A stretch of 64,000 nucleotides of DNA from Candidatus Poribacteria bacterium. GTDB lineage: Bacteria; Poribacteria; WGA-4E; WGA-3G. Below the pieces are notes generated by a model, which saw only the letters and a list, made by a program, of their open reading frames with translations, ran no database searches and had not been told where the DNA came from. This document shows positions 30,471 through 44,100 of this stretch, one piece after another. A program made the position numbers and the translations under genes. The stretch covers positions 1 through 64,000 of the forward strand of contig CBDBFU010000033.1 of assembly GCA_965205025.1 (NCBI GenBank). Direction: 5' to 3'. How positions within the stretch are numbered: the first letter of the stretch is position 1; each line of letters starts with the position of its first letter.

Positions 30471-30746
30471 ATGAAAGAAAATAAAGAGGAACAAATTTCC
30501 AGTATATCTAAGGCACGAAATCTGGAGGAGATAGCTGACTATTGGGATACCCACAGTTTGGCTGACCATTGGGATGAAACACAGGAAGTTGATTTTGAAG
30601 TGCGTATGCAACGAAAGTGTCGTGTAACGCTCACTCCAGAGATATATGAAAAAATAGAAAAGTATGCACTGGAACAGGGAATCTTACCTGAAACTTTGGT
30701 TAACTTGTGGTTAGCTGAACGGCTCAAGGTAAACGAGTCGCCGTAG
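30471..30746 (+). CDS. CopG/BrnA-like antitoxin, no adjacent toxin
   Basis: EEIADYWDTHSLADHWDE...ETLVNLWLAERL. Confidence 0.75.
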   Translation: MKENKEEQISSISKARNLEEIADYWDTHSLADHWDETQEVDFEVRMQRKCRVTLTPEIYEKIEKYALEQGILPETLVNLWLAERLKVNESP

Positions 30747-30899
30747 GTAGTAATTGCCTTGATAACACCAAAGCTATACGATTTATAACACCTTAGTCTT
30801 GTGAGAAAACATTGAATCACGTCGAAATGCAGTACGCGCATTTGACACCATCTGTCAAAATTTTAGAGCAAATAGGCAATACTTGTGTAAGGAGAATAT

Positions 30900-32582
30900 A
30901 TGAAATCTACTGTAACATCAATGCTAAATTTTTTAGAAGGCACCAAACAATTTGTTATACCAATCTATCAACGCACATACGAGTGGAAAAAAGAACAATG
31001 CGAATTACTTTTGGATGATATAGTACGTGTTGGGGAACTTTCTGAAGCTACACCTCATTTTTTTGGTTCAATTGTCTATATGGAACCGGAGCTTTCTCAG
31101 AACATTGGTGATGTAGACAAATATATTGTTATTGATGGACAACAGCGATTAACGACTTTATCTCTTTTGCTTTCCGCATTACGCAGAAGTCTTGAAGGCA
31201 CGAGGTATTGATATTGGCATAAATCCAAAAGAAATTTTCTAATTATTATTTCAATCAAAATAAAAGGGACGATCAGCACTATAAATTACTACTTACTCAG
31301 AGTGATAAAGCAACTTTGAAGTCTATCCTGAGTGATAAAGAACTTCCAAAACCTTTCTCACCTAACTTGGAAGATAATTACCAATTCTTTCTGTCTGAGT
31401 TAAAAGAAGTCAAACTTCAAATAGTGTTTAGAGGTATCCAAAGGTTACAGATTGTGAATATTGTTCTTGACGATAAGGATAAACCACAATTGATTTTTGA
31501 GGGGCTCAATGCAAAAGGACTTTCACTTACTGAAGCAGATAAAATTCGCAATTATGTGCTTATGGAGCACCCTCATAATTATCAAACAAAATTGTATGAG
31601 GAGTTCTGGTATCCAATAGAAGAGCTTTTTAGAAATGAAGATGAAAAACAATTTGATCGTTTTATGAGGCATTATCTAACGCTAAAAACTAGACGAATTC
31701 CTGCTTTTAGAGATATATACAAATACTTCAAATTTTATTTCATTACGGATAAGCGTTTAGAAATGTTAGAGGAAACACTTGAAGAAATATACCGTTATTC
31801 TAAGTATTATCTTGATATCGCTGTGCCTCATGAAGAAGATCAAGATCTTCGAACGTGTTTGGAGGACCTGAATGAATTAAATGCAGATACAGCTTATCCG
31901 TTTTTGCTTGAAGTCTATGACTATTATAAGAAGAGACATGTAATAGATAAATCAGAAGTATTAAGGACTATGCAATTAGTTGAGAGTTACATTTTCCGAC
32001 GATCTGTATGTGGGTTGTCCTTAAAATTTTTAAATCACACATTTGTAGACGTTTTGAAAGGATTACTTAATGGAGAAGAGATAAATTATCTTGAGTATCT
32101 GAATGACAAGTTCCTGAGTTCGTACGACAAAAAAGGATATTATCCAAGAGATAGTCAATTCAAGGAAGATTTCATAACTAAAGATATTTACAACTATAGC
32201 AAACGTAATTATCTACTTCGTAAATTGGAAAATTCTGGTAGTAAAGAACCGATCGAAATTGATGACTACACTATTGAACATATTATGCCACAAAAACTTA
32301 ATTTTGAATGGGAGCAAGAATTAGGTGAAGATTATGAGAAAGTGCATGAATTATGGCTTCATAAGATTGGTAATCTAACTCTGACAGGTTACAACTCAGA
32401 ATTGAGTAATCATTCCTTTAAGGATAAACGAGATACGGTCCCAGAAGGTTTTAGATTTAGTCCTTTATATTTAAATCAAAGTCTTGCTCAAGTTGAACGT
32501 TGGAACGAATTGGCTATCTATGCAAGAGGAAAATACCTTGCCAATCATGCGTCTGAAATATGGATTTTATCCAGATTCCTGA
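30900..32582 (+). CDS. DUF262-DUF1524 (GmrSD/SspE-like) type IV restriction protein, with apparent frameshifts
   Basis: IPIYQRTYEW, HFFGSIV, IDGQQRLTTL, IFEGLNAKG, TIEHIMPQ, IGNLTLTGYNSELSN; corrected end IWIYPDS* at 32582. Confidence 0.85.
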
Positions 32583-32634
32583 ACATTATTTTATTCAATA
32601 ACTTTATTTATGCTTTTAATAAGGTGATGTAAAG

Positions 32635-33222
32635 ATGAAAATATTTACTTTTACGAATAGAAACCCAAAAACAGGTGAAGTCGAAAAGGATAAACCAACT
32701 ATCTCAGTTGATTTACATACTTACGGACAGGTTAAGGAAATAATTGAGGATCACATTAACAATAGGCGTTCATGGCATCATCCTATGGGCGTTGATGGAT
32801 ACGGGCAAGATATATCCATACGACATCTGTTGCATATCACTTATGATACTATGAAACGTCTCAGAATGAGCGTCGAATTTGCTGAAGTCGTCGAAAAGTG
32901 GATTTTCGAAAAATCTGAAGAACGTGAAAAGTATCGTGATAAGTTGATTGCAAACGTTCAGAAAAGCGTTGCTGCATCGACTCTTACCGTCAAGCTTAAT
33001 GTTCCAGAGGGATATAAGTTTGACGGTGAAGCTACTATAAGTGAATCTGAAATAGACAAGGAAAACAAAAAGGTCTTAGTAATTATTGAATATTCGATCA
33101 TTGAGCATCTCCCTATAGAAAGGGTTAGGTCAAATAAAAAATTAGGAAAAGAAGTTGAAGAACTTAGGAAGCGTATTGAGGAACTTGAAGAACTTGAAGA
33201 ACTTGAAGAACTTGAAGAATAA
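32635..33222 (+). CDS. Hypothetical protein with C-terminal coiled coil
   Basis: 195-aa ORF, AAGGTGA RBS; ends EELRKRIEELEELEELEELEE. Confidence 0.7.
   Translation: MKIFTFTNRNPKTGEVEKDKPTISVDLHTYGQVKEIIEDHINNRRSWHHPMGVDGYGQDISIRHLLHITYDTMKRLRMSVEFAEVVEKWIFEKSEEREKYRDKLIANVQKSVAASTLTVKLNVPEGYKFDGEATISESEIDKENKKVLVIIEYSIIEHLPIERVRSNKKLGKEVEELRKRIEELEELEELEELEE
33181..33219. repeat. In-frame 9-bp tandem repeat (GAACTTGAA)x4
   Basis: Directly visible at the 3' end of the ORF. Confidence 0.9.
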
Positions 33223-33311
33223 TAGCACAAACTTCGGAAGTATTTAAGTTTAGACAAGGAAATTTTGTAAAATTAACTTGAACCCAATACTCTATACTAT
33301 TGAGGAATAAT

Positions 33312-35810
33312 ATGAAAGACTATCAACCAATTTTCTCTTGAAAACTTGTGTAATGTAGATTCTGAGGATATTGATGAAAATATCACATCGGATGTGGGTT
33401 CGGTAACATTCCATGGATTACCTTTTCACATTTCAGATGGTACAAAAACCTTCTTGGGGTTTGGAGATGGAGTGAATACGGAATCTATCCAGATTCCAGT
33501 TAAGAGTTCAGCACAGCGAGTTATATTTGTACACAGACTCTTAGAATCCAAAATTCCTGAAGGTGAAATAATTGGAAAACTCATAGCTAACTATGTATTT
33601 CACTATACAGATGGTGAGACAGTGAATGTTCCAATTCGGGAACGGTTCGAAATTGGTAGCGTTCCACAAGGTTGGGGACAACAAACCTTTATTGCCATAC
33701 CCGATACCCAAGAAGGTTTGCATGCGCGGCATCAAGGACCGTGGGGATCAGCAGGAAATCGTCAAACAGAAGCAACTCAGTGTGTTCCGCGTAACTATTA
33801 CTTGTATATCTGGAAGAATCCTCAGCCTGATAAAGAGATAGCATCTATAGAAATACAACCAGAAGAACGAAAGTTTATAATTGCTGCGATTACATTGGGT
33901 CATCTTGATGAAGATCCTGTACCACGTCATCCTAACCGTGAGGTGAAAATCACACTTCCTCAAGCTGTAGATGCTGAGAAACCTTTTGATATGGAGATTA
34001 ATGTCGATAGAGGTACGGCAACCTATCCTTATGCATTACCTGAAAATCCTTCCGATGGATTTATTGATGACGATTTCAAAGGGTGGGGTGAGACGCAAAA
34101 CAGTAAAAGTAGTCCTGCATACACTGAGATATCTGCTACACCATCTGCCACAGTTGAAGTAAAGAATGAAGGTGAAACACTTGGTAGTGTTAATTGGGGA
34201 GAAGTTCAAAAGAAAGGAAGTATACAACCTAATGACCGTGTTAGGGTAGAAATAATAGATTCAGGAAGGAATTGGGTACATACGACTGTTATAGATGAAG
34301 ATACAAATAAACCTGTTCCATGTCGTATTCATTTCCGTTCACCTCATGGTGTACCGTATGCACCCCATGGACACCATGCACATGTGAATTCAAATATGGG
34401 GACATGGCACATAGATGTAGGTGGTGATGTGCGGTTGGGACAAATCAGTTATGCCTATATTGACGGCACATGTCAGGGATGGTTGCCTCGTGGTGAAGTA
34501 ATTGTAGATGTGGCACGGGGTTTTGAATATACACCTTTACGGGACGAAGGTCAATATAAAACCCGGACAACGGGAATTGACACTACGAATAAAACGTTGG
34601 TGTGATATGAACTCTGAACGGTATTTCAGTGGGGATACCCATGTGCATTTCCTATCTACACAAGGGGCACATACTGAAGGCACAAGGTGAAGATCTTGGC
34701 GTAGTAAATCTACTCCTATCACAGTGGGGACATCTGTTTACCAACACAGAGGAATTCATTGGTCGACCGACTACTTCCGCAGATGGGAGAAGTATAGTGT
34801 ATGCGACCCAAGAAAATAGACAGCATGTTCTTGGTCATCTCACACTACTCGGATTGAAAGAACAGGTCGCGCCGTGGTGTTCTGATGGTCCAGGTGAAGC
34901 AGAGTTGGGTGGGAATATGGAGGTAACACTATCTCATTGGGCAGATGCTTGTCATGACCAAGGTGGAACAGTTGTCTTACCACATATCCCAAATCCAAAT
35001 TGTGAACCTGCAACACTTATTGCTACCAATAGGGTAGATGCTGTCGAATACCTCACCAATGCAATGTATGGACACCTTGAATATTACAGATATCTGAATT
35101 GTGGTTATAAACTTCCATTGGTTGGTGGTACAGATAAAATGACAGCGGATGTGCCAGTTGGTGTATATCGTACCTATGTCCATATCCCAGAGAATGAAGA
35201 ATTTAATTATGATAATTGGTGTAAATACATGAGTGCGGGGAATACATTTCTCAGTGGTGGACCGATGATACGGCTTACAGTTGATGGTCAACCCATAGGA
35301 AGTACTATTAATCTTCCAGGGAATGGTGGAACAGTAGAAGTTGAAGCATCAGCAGATTCTATCTTTCCCATTCACACTTTACAGATCATTCAATCAGGTG
35401 AGGTAGTTGCTACAACAGAGGAGAATAACGGTTCACATCAATTACGGATAAAAGCACAAATAAAAGTAGGCAAGCATTCTTGGATAGCCGCTCGTTGTGG
35501 TGGACCTGAGTATGTTCAAGCCGTACCACATTACGACGGTTGGAGACGTGGAATTATTGCACATACATCTCCAATTTATATTGCTGTTGGTGAAGAATGG
35601 TGGATGTTTGATCCTGAAACGGCTAACTATATGCTTACGCTGATAGAAGGTGGATTATCTTATATACAACAATCTGCCCGTCATTATGAACATGGTACAA
35701 CGACCCATCATCATGGTGAAGATGACCATATTGAATATCTATCCCGTCCTTTCCAAGAAGCACGAGAAGCTATACATCAGAGGATGCATAAATTAGGAAT
35801 ACCCCATTAA
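33312..35810 (+). CDS. CehA/McbA-family PHP-like metallohydrolase (apparent frameshifts near 33335, 34540, 34680)
   Basis: ATG 33312 after GAGG; VARGFEY, SGDTHVHFL, QENRQHVLGHL, LPLVGGTDKM, AHTSPIY. Confidence 0.75.
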
Positions 35811-35859
35811 TTTTATGTTTCGGTACACAGAGTGTATCTACTACTATTAAGGAGATAAT

Positions 35860-36834
35860 ATGCCAAAAGAATTAGTTGCAGTTGCCCCGAGAGAACCGGT
35901 TTTACGAGAATATGAAGATGGACCTGTCCCTGAAGGACATGTTCGTGTTCAGGTTGAACATGGTGCACCAAAACGTGGAACTGAGATGACAATGTATTAC
36001 GGTTTACGTGGAGCAGGTTTCCCACAAGGACTTGGTAATATGTGTGTTGGGAAGATTATCGAGGTTGGCGATGGTGTTGAAGACTGTGAAGTAGGTGAGC
36101 GTGTTGCTGGACATGGACATCTTAAAGAGACACATACTTGGAGATCCGGTGGTGTATTAAAAATGCCAGAAAGGATGACCTGGAAAGAAGCAGTATGTTA
36201 TGATCCTGCTCATTTTGCATTATCCGCGATCCGAGATGGACAGGTTCGCGTGGGTGATCGTGTAGCTGTATTTGGATTAGGCGCGATTGGACTCATGACC
36301 CAACAGTATGCCCGCGAAGCAGGTGCAGATTTTATTGCATGTGTTGACCCTATTGAAGGTCGTCGTGCTGTTGCTGAAAAAACTGGTGCTGATCTTGTAC
36401 TGGATCCGACTGCTTGTGATGTTGGTGAAGTACTTAAGGATGCAACCGGTGGTGTAGGTCTTGATGTTGCGATTGAAACAAGTGCAGTCTATAATGCTCT
36501 TGATGATGCCATTCGGAGTGTTGCATTTGAAGGTACGGTTGTCGTTGCAGGGTGGGCAAAGGAGTGTAAAGGTGGTTTGGATCTTGGCGCTGTTGCACAT
36601 TTTAATATTCCTAACTTAATTTTTGCCCGAGCGAATAGTGATCCTAATCGAGACCATCCACGTTGGAATTTCGGTAGGATAATCCAATCTTGTTGGAAAT
36701 GGCTTGCAGAAGGTCGATTTGACTGTGAAGATATTGTAGACCCAGTTGTCCCGTTTGAAGATTCTGTTGAAGCCTATATAGAGATGGACAATCATCCTGA
36801 ACGAAGTGTTAAGTTAGGGGTTTCGTTCGGATAG
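35860..36834 (+). CDS. Zinc-binding (MDR) alcohol dehydrogenase family protein
   Basis: GDRVAVFGLGAIG, GLDVAIETS. Confidence 0.85.
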   Translation: MPKELVAVAPREPVLREYEDGPVPEGHVRVQVEHGAPKRGTEMTMYYGLRGAGFPQGLGNMCVGKIIEVGDGVEDCEVGERVAGHGHLKETHTWRSGGVLKMPERMTWKEAVCYDPAHFALSAIRDGQVRVGDRVAVFGLGAIGLMTQQYAREAGADFIACVDPIEGRRAVAEKTGADLVLDPTACDVGEVLKDATGGVGLDVAIETSAVYNALDDAIRSVAFEGTVVVAGWAKECKGGLDLGAVAHFNIPNLIFARANSDPNRDHPRWNFGRIIQSCWKWLAEGRFDCEDIVDPVVPFEDSVEAYIEMDNHPERSVKLGVSFG

Positions 36835-36859
36835 AGGTGGAATAACTTATCTATCTAAT

Positions 36860-36886
36860 AGGTTCGGTGTCATACCGAACCTTTTT
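36860..36886 (+). terminator. Rho-independent terminator
   Basis: AGGTTCGGT-GTCAT-ACCGAACCT followed by a T-tract, between convergent genes. Confidence 0.7.
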
Positions 36887-36909
36887 CTTATATGAAACAA
36901 TCTCGGACA

Positions 36910-37800
36910 CTATTGCATTGTAATCAAGAATATACCAATAACCATCAGAACTGCTGCAAATAATCTTCGTTTTGTATACGTTTCTTTCAACGCATACCCA
37001 CCAAGTATTACAACAAAAATGACAGAACATTGGCGGATAGCAGTCACATAACTTACTTTTTCAGTCATAAGCACATAAAGGATAAGGGAATAGGAAATTA
37101 AGGAGAATACAACTACAAAAATAGCTCGTTTCCATTCTGTTTTACCAATTTGTATTATCTGTTGCTTAGGGAAACGCAGAAAAGTTATCACAGCATAAAG
37201 CAGTTGGGAGCAAAGGTTTTCCATCAGATAATAGTTTACGGCATACATCAATGATGTTTCGGATATATTGTTATGTAGTGTAGACATACCTTGTTTGTCA
37301 ATGAGTGAATAACCAATTACACTTGCAAGAGTGGCATACGCCCAAATTGCATCCGGTTCACGTAGGAATCTGACGAATGTTCTAACATTTATTTCCTTTT
37401 CACGTTGCTGATAGAGTAATATTGAACACATAACACATAGGATTCCAATCAACCCTTGTACTGAGATTCTCTCATTGAGAAAAAGAAAAGCGAATATTGG
37501 TAAGAACGCAGGAGCAGAACGGGTAATTGGATAGACGAAAGAAATCTCTCCAACAGTGTATGCCTGAGTCAAAAATAGACGGTACAATAGATGTACGAAG
37601 GCAGACGCAAGTATGTATACCCATACTGGTGTAGGTATAATAGGTTTATTGATTATAAATACGACAATAGCTAAAATACCGGTGTAAAGTCCACACCAAA
37701 AGAATAAAATGCGTGTATCTTTACTTGATTTACTATAAAAATTCCATAAGGCGTGGCAAAATGCTGATAGAAGGACGAATAGTATTGACGTTGTGTGCAT
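36910..37800 (-). CDS. DMT/EamA family transporter
   Basis: SAFCHALWN, GEISFVYPITR, about 10 TM segments, LKE near C-terminus. Confidence 0.88.
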   Translation of the reverse strand: MHTTSILFVLLSAFCHALWNFYSKSSKDTRILFFWCGLYTGILAIVVFIINKPIIPTPVWVYILASAFVHLLYRLFLTQAYTVGEISFVYPITRSAPAFLPIFAFLFLNERISVQGLIGILCVMCSILLYQQREKEINVRTFVRFLREPDAIWAYATLASVIGYSLIDKQGMSTLHNNISETSLMYAVNYYLMENLCSQLLYAVITFLRFPKQQIIQIGKTEWKRAIFVVVFSLISYSLILYVLMTEKVSYVTAIRQCSVIFVVILGGYALKETYTKRRLFAAVLMVIGIFLITMQ

Positions 37801-38067
37801 AAAGTTATTCTGTAAACCAATATCTTTTCAGTAAGTTACACATGAAGAATTAGACAATTTTAAACATCTTGATTATACCACAATGTAGTATACCATGCTG
37901 TTTCAGTCTATCCATTCTTTATATTTCACCATGGTATGTTATATATTGATATACTTGAATCCACTATCAAATCATTATCGAAAACTGTTGTGTTTTCATT
38001 GATAACCTCTCTTATTTAAAATTATGATCAAAAGAATTCTTACATATATTTCTCATGGAGTAGTAAA

Positions 38068-41000
38068 ATGAAAATCATAATTCAACTCATTTGTTTCTGT
38101 CTGGTTGTATCATCTTGTAAAATAATAGTCAAATCTGAGGATCAACCTGTTCTGGCAGGAAAGGTTGAACGTATTCTGAATATCAAAACTGGAAGAGAAT
38201 ATGATACAGGTTTTGGTGAGGATTATGGTAAAGGTAATATACACATACAAAAAACAAATTCCTATTTAACCTTAAGAATGACAGACTTCAGTTCAAGTAT
38301 TGATACACCTCGCACCTTACGGACAATATTGGATAGTTTTGAAGGTGACCTTTTTCAAGAAACAATTACGATTGGAGACACATGGGAACAGAGAGGATTT
38401 CGGGGTGGAACTGAACAGGTCACCCTTGAAAATTATGAAGATGTAAGAATAGGCAATAAATTATATCCTAAGTGTTTGAAACACAAGACTATCATCAAAG
38501 AAGCGAATTGGGATAGTAAAACTGAATTTGGCAATGCGTTGGTTAACGGAACACGATATCTGTGGTTTTCACCAGGGATTGGTGTAGTAAAGTTATTATA
38601 TGAGCACTCAAATGGAATTACCACCGAAGGGGAATTGATTAGTAGTTATATCCCTGTAGAGAAAAAGGATATGTTTCCAATTGATATAGGTACATCTTGG
38701 ACTTATAAATGGAAGAATGATTATGAGAAATTTACATTGATTGAAAAAATCAAGGTCTTTAAGAACACTCAGAGTGAAAATAGTCTTGGATTCAATACCT
38801 ATGTTGCATTGGAAGATGGTAGAAAGATGCTTGATGGGAATTTTTATTTTTGGTTTGATAAGAATCCAATCTTACGACTTTCTGGATCAGGGTATTCCCA
38901 CTCAGGTCGTGATAGACCAGAAGGTCCAGATAGTATATTTATTGAGTTAATCGAAAATCATTATCCAGAACTATTACGATATCCTATAAGCGTTGGTAAA
39001 TCCTGGACTAAAGAAGGTTTTTCGAATGTAAATGTGACGACTACGATCGAAGAATTTGAGACCATTGAAACAACTCTTGGTACATTTAAAGATTGTCTTA
39101 AGCATAAAACTGTTTTTCAGGGTGCAACAGTGTTTTCAAATCCTACACCTGAAGATTTACTAAGAGTTGCTCTCATAAATGGTACACGTTATCTATGGTT
39201 TGTAAAAGGTATTGGAATTGTAAAATTGCGTTATGAACACTCCAATGGTATTACTACTGAAGGCAGAATTAATCGATTATAATGTTCCAAATGGTAGTCT
39301 TGAGTATTTTCCACTGAATACTGGAACGACTTGGACATATAAATGGCAGAATGCATATCAACCAAGACCAATGATTGAGAAAGTCGCAATTATTGATATT
39401 CAAGATAAACCTGAGATATCTTTGTTAGAATCAAAATATACTATAACAATACCAGATAAAACTGAACCTGGAGAAATGCTTGTTGATTTTCAGTTATTGC
39501 CTGAAAGAGGCAACTTTGAAGAAATGAAGTTACGTCTACATGGCGATAGCGATTATATACCCCAACATGGTCAATTTGTCCCTGATCATGATGAATATAA
39601 ATCCAAAAACTATCCATTCTTACGTGGTATCATAGTAAGACCTGATCCTCTTGGTAGACCACATTTTAGTGGATATCCCTATCCTGCTTGGACAACAAAA
39701 TTCTTTAAAAGTCGTACCGGTGGAACAATAAACTTAAACTACGAAATATCAAAAGAATTTGCAGAATATTACAAAGGATTTAAGTCAGAAAGGCGTGGAA
39801 GCCAAGTCTTAACCAGATCACAACCCATATTCAGAGATAGTAGTATGGTCTGGTTGGGTGGAGACCTCTTTATAATAGGAGGAAAGTCAGCTAATATAGA
39901 GGTGGAATTCATTGTTCCAGATGGATGGAACGTATTAACTCCTTGGAACCGCATTGGGAATTCTGATATAGATATTCAGTTGATAACCAGGAAGAATTAA
40001 CGCAGAACTATATTCTGTTTGGTGAATATGATGAAGTTGTAAGCAAATCTGATAATACAAAAGTAGTTATGGGTATTGTGGGTAAGCTTAAATCGTCCAA
40101 AGATGAGATTCAGTTGACCGTTGAAAAATTCCTTAATGCTTATTCACGGGTCTTTAAGAATGGTCCTGATCATACTGTCACACTATTAATTAATCAAAAC
40201 GAAAAAGACACTCAAATCCGAATGGAAGGTCATGGACATAGACATAGTGTTAATATCTTTATGAAGGATATACAAAATCCTGATACAAAATCTGTTTATG
40301 GACCATTCCTTGGTCACGAAGTCTTTCATATCTGGAATGGACTAACATCCCTACCACGTTTTTCATCAAAAGAAACATGGTTCAGTGAAGGTGTGACAAA
40401 TTATTATTCAGATATTACTGCCAAACAATTGGGTTATCTAACTGAAAGTGAATTTCTTAGTAAGCTTGAGACAGCATGTGAGAAGTATTTATCAGTATCT
40501 CATGAATTGGCTGTCGGTGATGATTATCGTGTTAGAAGGTTAGTTTATGAAGGTGGGAGTCTTGTCGCTGCATCAATAGACCTTCAAATTAGGCATCGCA
40601 GTAGAAACAGAAAGAATTTTAATCAGGTCATGCAGGATATGTACCGCAAGTTTCCTGATTATACGATAGAATATACCAATGAAGATATCATCAGAAGTGT
40701 CAATAAAGTATCAAGTAAGGATATGAGACCATTTTTTGAAAAGTATGTATTAGGAAAGGAACGACTCCCATTGAAAGAATATCTTGCTTACGCAGGTTTA
40801 GACTTTGAGGTAACATCTTATGAAAAGATACCAACGTATCAGTATGTTGTTGATGTACTAAAGAAAAGTTTAGAACAGGACAATATGGTTGATATTAGTT
40901 CTATTGATGGTAACCGAGTGATGTCTACACTGGATTATGTAAAATAGCAGTAGATTGGAAAACAGGGGATGTCTTGGAGTTGACCTACAAAATATGGGGA

Positions 41001-41152
41001 ATGAAAGTGATTTTAAAACAGAAATGGTAACCTTAAAAGGTATATCGGATAATCCTCCTACATTTCAGGAGGTTAGTGTTAGAATTACAAAAATGGAAAA
41101 AATGAATAAACTACAGCGTGCAATCTTCAATGGTATTTTAGGAAAGAATTGA
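38068..41152 (+). CDS. Lipoprotein: two repeats of an unknown beta-rich domain plus M61-like zinc peptidase, paralog 1 (apparent frameshifts)
   Basis: Lipobox VVSSC; 2x NGTRYLWFxxGIGxVKLxYEHSNGITTE; GHEVFHIWNG, WFSEGVTNYY, YEGGSLVA; ORF pieces 38068, 39233, 40069, 40955. Confidence 0.72.
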
Positions 41153-41162
41153 TGGAGGTCTT

Positions 41163-44100
41163 ATGAATATCAAAGTTAAGAATTTCCTAAAGTATAGTTT
41201 AAGGATTGCTATAGTTGGGATAATCACTATCTTACTTGCTTGTCAGTCAGACAATAGTTTTCCTGGTAGAATTGAGCTACCTGTAAAAAAGGAACTACCT
41301 GATAGAGTTGCTCGTGACTAATTGTTGAAACTAAAACAGATATAGGAATAAAGACTGCTTCTGGAACTTTCCATGTGAAAAAAAGTAAAGAATATCTGAC
41401 GATGCACCCTAAAGAATTTTATAGCGGTGTAGTCATTCCTGAACAGATGACAATATTGTTAAGTAATTTTCTCGGAGAATTATTCCAATATCCTATTAAA
41501 ATAGGTGAAACTTGGCTAGCAAGCGACCTCAGGAGAGTAAAATCGCCTGTCACCCTAATACAGAATGAACAAGTAACCACTTCAATGGGTACGTTCAAAG
41601 AATGTATTAGACATAAGTCTGTATACACAGATGCTAACATGAGACGTGAAGTTGAAAATTCATTGTTGAATGGATACGATATTTATGGTTCGCAAAAGGA
41701 ATAGGCATAGTTAAAATGCGCTATGAACATTCAAACGGAGTAATCACAGAAGCAGAGTTAATTGACTACAAGATAGATCAAAAATTCCAAAGACTTCTTC
41801 CCTATAAATAAAGGAAATAGTTGGACATACAAGTGGCAAAACAATTATTTTAAGGAATCGAATATCGAAGAAATTACTGTTGGTAATAAAAATAGTTATG
41901 GTGACATGACAAAATTCATATTAGATACAAAAGTAAGAGACACAATTGGAGAAGACGTAGGTTCTGGCAGATTTCTTATAGAAAAACCAATAAGAACTTA
42001 AGAGTAAGCGCATCTCGAATGACATTATCTTCTGAAGGATATTTTCTTTCAAACAAATCACATTTCCCGTATACTACTTCTATGCTGTTATTACAAGTAT
42101 GTAGTGGTAAACCTGAAAAAGGATTATTTCAGTATCCATTGAAATTAGGGAAAAAATGGAACAGTCAAGTCAATGGGATTGGATAACTCAGGAAGAAATA
42201 TCTTATGAAGGATATGAATCCGTTAATGTTTCATCAGGAACTTTTAAAGATTCACTCTTACATAAGACGATCTTGTCAGATACCAATGCTGAAATCCATT
42301 TTGAGCGTTTTCAAGCTACACAACTAAGACTATTAAATGAGGCAATGATGAATGGTGTCCGATATTTGTGGTTTGCCAAAGGTGTCGGTATTGTAAAGAT
42401 GCGTTATGAGCATTCAAATGGCATCATAACTGAAGCAGAATTAGTTGAGTACTATGTGCCAGAAAAAAGTGAGGATTATTTACCTTTGACACTTGGTACT
42501 CGGTGGAAATACAAATGGAAAAATGACTTATATAAGCATCCTATGTTCGAGACAATTGAGGTAGTAAGATCAGGTGGAGGTAATGAAACACATATAGATA
42601 AAAGCAACTATACAATAACTATGGATGAGGATAACATAGGAGTTTTACAGGTTAATGCAAAATTATTTCCTAAAGAATTAGAATTAAGAAAAGTCCGTTT
42701 AGCTTTAAATGGAGAAGATACATATATTGAAAAAGTTGATTTAAGTCACAGTCCAATGAGTTCCAAAACAACGTAGCACAAGAGATGTTTGGACGTTTAA
42801 ATCTGATGATTTATATACTATACCGATTACTTTAAGATATACTGCATCTTTGAGACATGGTTCTGAAAAGAATGATGACGTTTTTCAACAGACTGGGATT
42901 AGACCCGATCCTGCGATTACACCATATCAAAGAGAAGATTGTATCTTTTTTCCATGCAATATGCTCTTCATTGTTGGTAGAGAGTGTAATGATATAACTG
43001 TCGAATTTAACCTCCCCAAAGGATGGCATGTCTCCACACCATGGCATAGTATTGATAAGAAAGGTAAGAAGTTTCACCTATATAATCAAAAAGAATTAAC
43101 GAATCCATACATCCTAATTGGAAAACATGCTGTGGTCAATGTTGAATCTGGAGAAACTAAGATTATACTTGCTATTGGAAGTAAGTTAAATAAGTCAAAA
43201 TCGATAATAGAAGATACTATTTTTAAGTACATCCAAGCATATTCAGACCTATTTGGTGTAAGTCCTATGGAACCCTTCTTATTTATTATTAATCCCTATG
43301 AAAATTCCTATGAAGATAGGTATTGGACTCGTTCAGAAGGTCCATGGTATAGGACGGAGTATAAGTATTTTGATGGATAAACCATTGGATATTTCCAGAA
43401 GTCATCAGTGGGGACCTTTTCTGGCACATGAAGTATTCCATGTATGGAACGGAAACCCTGACTTAGATAATTTTAGTGGTAATGAACACTGGTTTAAAGA
43501 AGGGGTAACAGATTTCTATGATGATATAACCGCCAGGCGACTTGGATATATTTCTGTAGATGAATATCTTAGACGACTTGAATTTGCATGGGAAAGTTTT
43601 TTATCTGCTCCGAGTGAATTCGCTATAAGTGATACAATTGATAAAAGACTCCAATACAATGGGGGGAGTCTGGTGACAGCTGCTTTGGATTTTGAAATAC
43701 GTGAACTTTCAGACAATACCATGAGTTTTGATGATGTGATTAGACGCATGTATCAAAAATTTAGATTTATCTCAAGTGGATACACAAATAGTGATATTAT
43801 TGAAATACTCAATGACCTTACTAGAAAAGATTTTAGTCCGTTCTTCAATACCTACATCTATGGAAATGCTCGAACTTCTCTTGTGGAATACTTCGAAAAA
43901 GCGGGTTTATCTGTAAATATAAATCTGAGCGAAGAATTACCGACCTCAGACTATGTAATTGAAATGCTACAGACAAATATGGGACGAGATACACCTGCTA
44001 ATGTGAGTGCTATCAATAATATACGCATATATAAACGGAAAGAACTTCGAAAACTTGCTAAAGATTGGAAATCAGGTACGGAGTTGGAAATAAGTTATGG

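Noticed and set aside
32958-33257. Poly-Ser ORF on the minus strand
   Set aside because: Antisense shadow of the 9-bp EEL repeat
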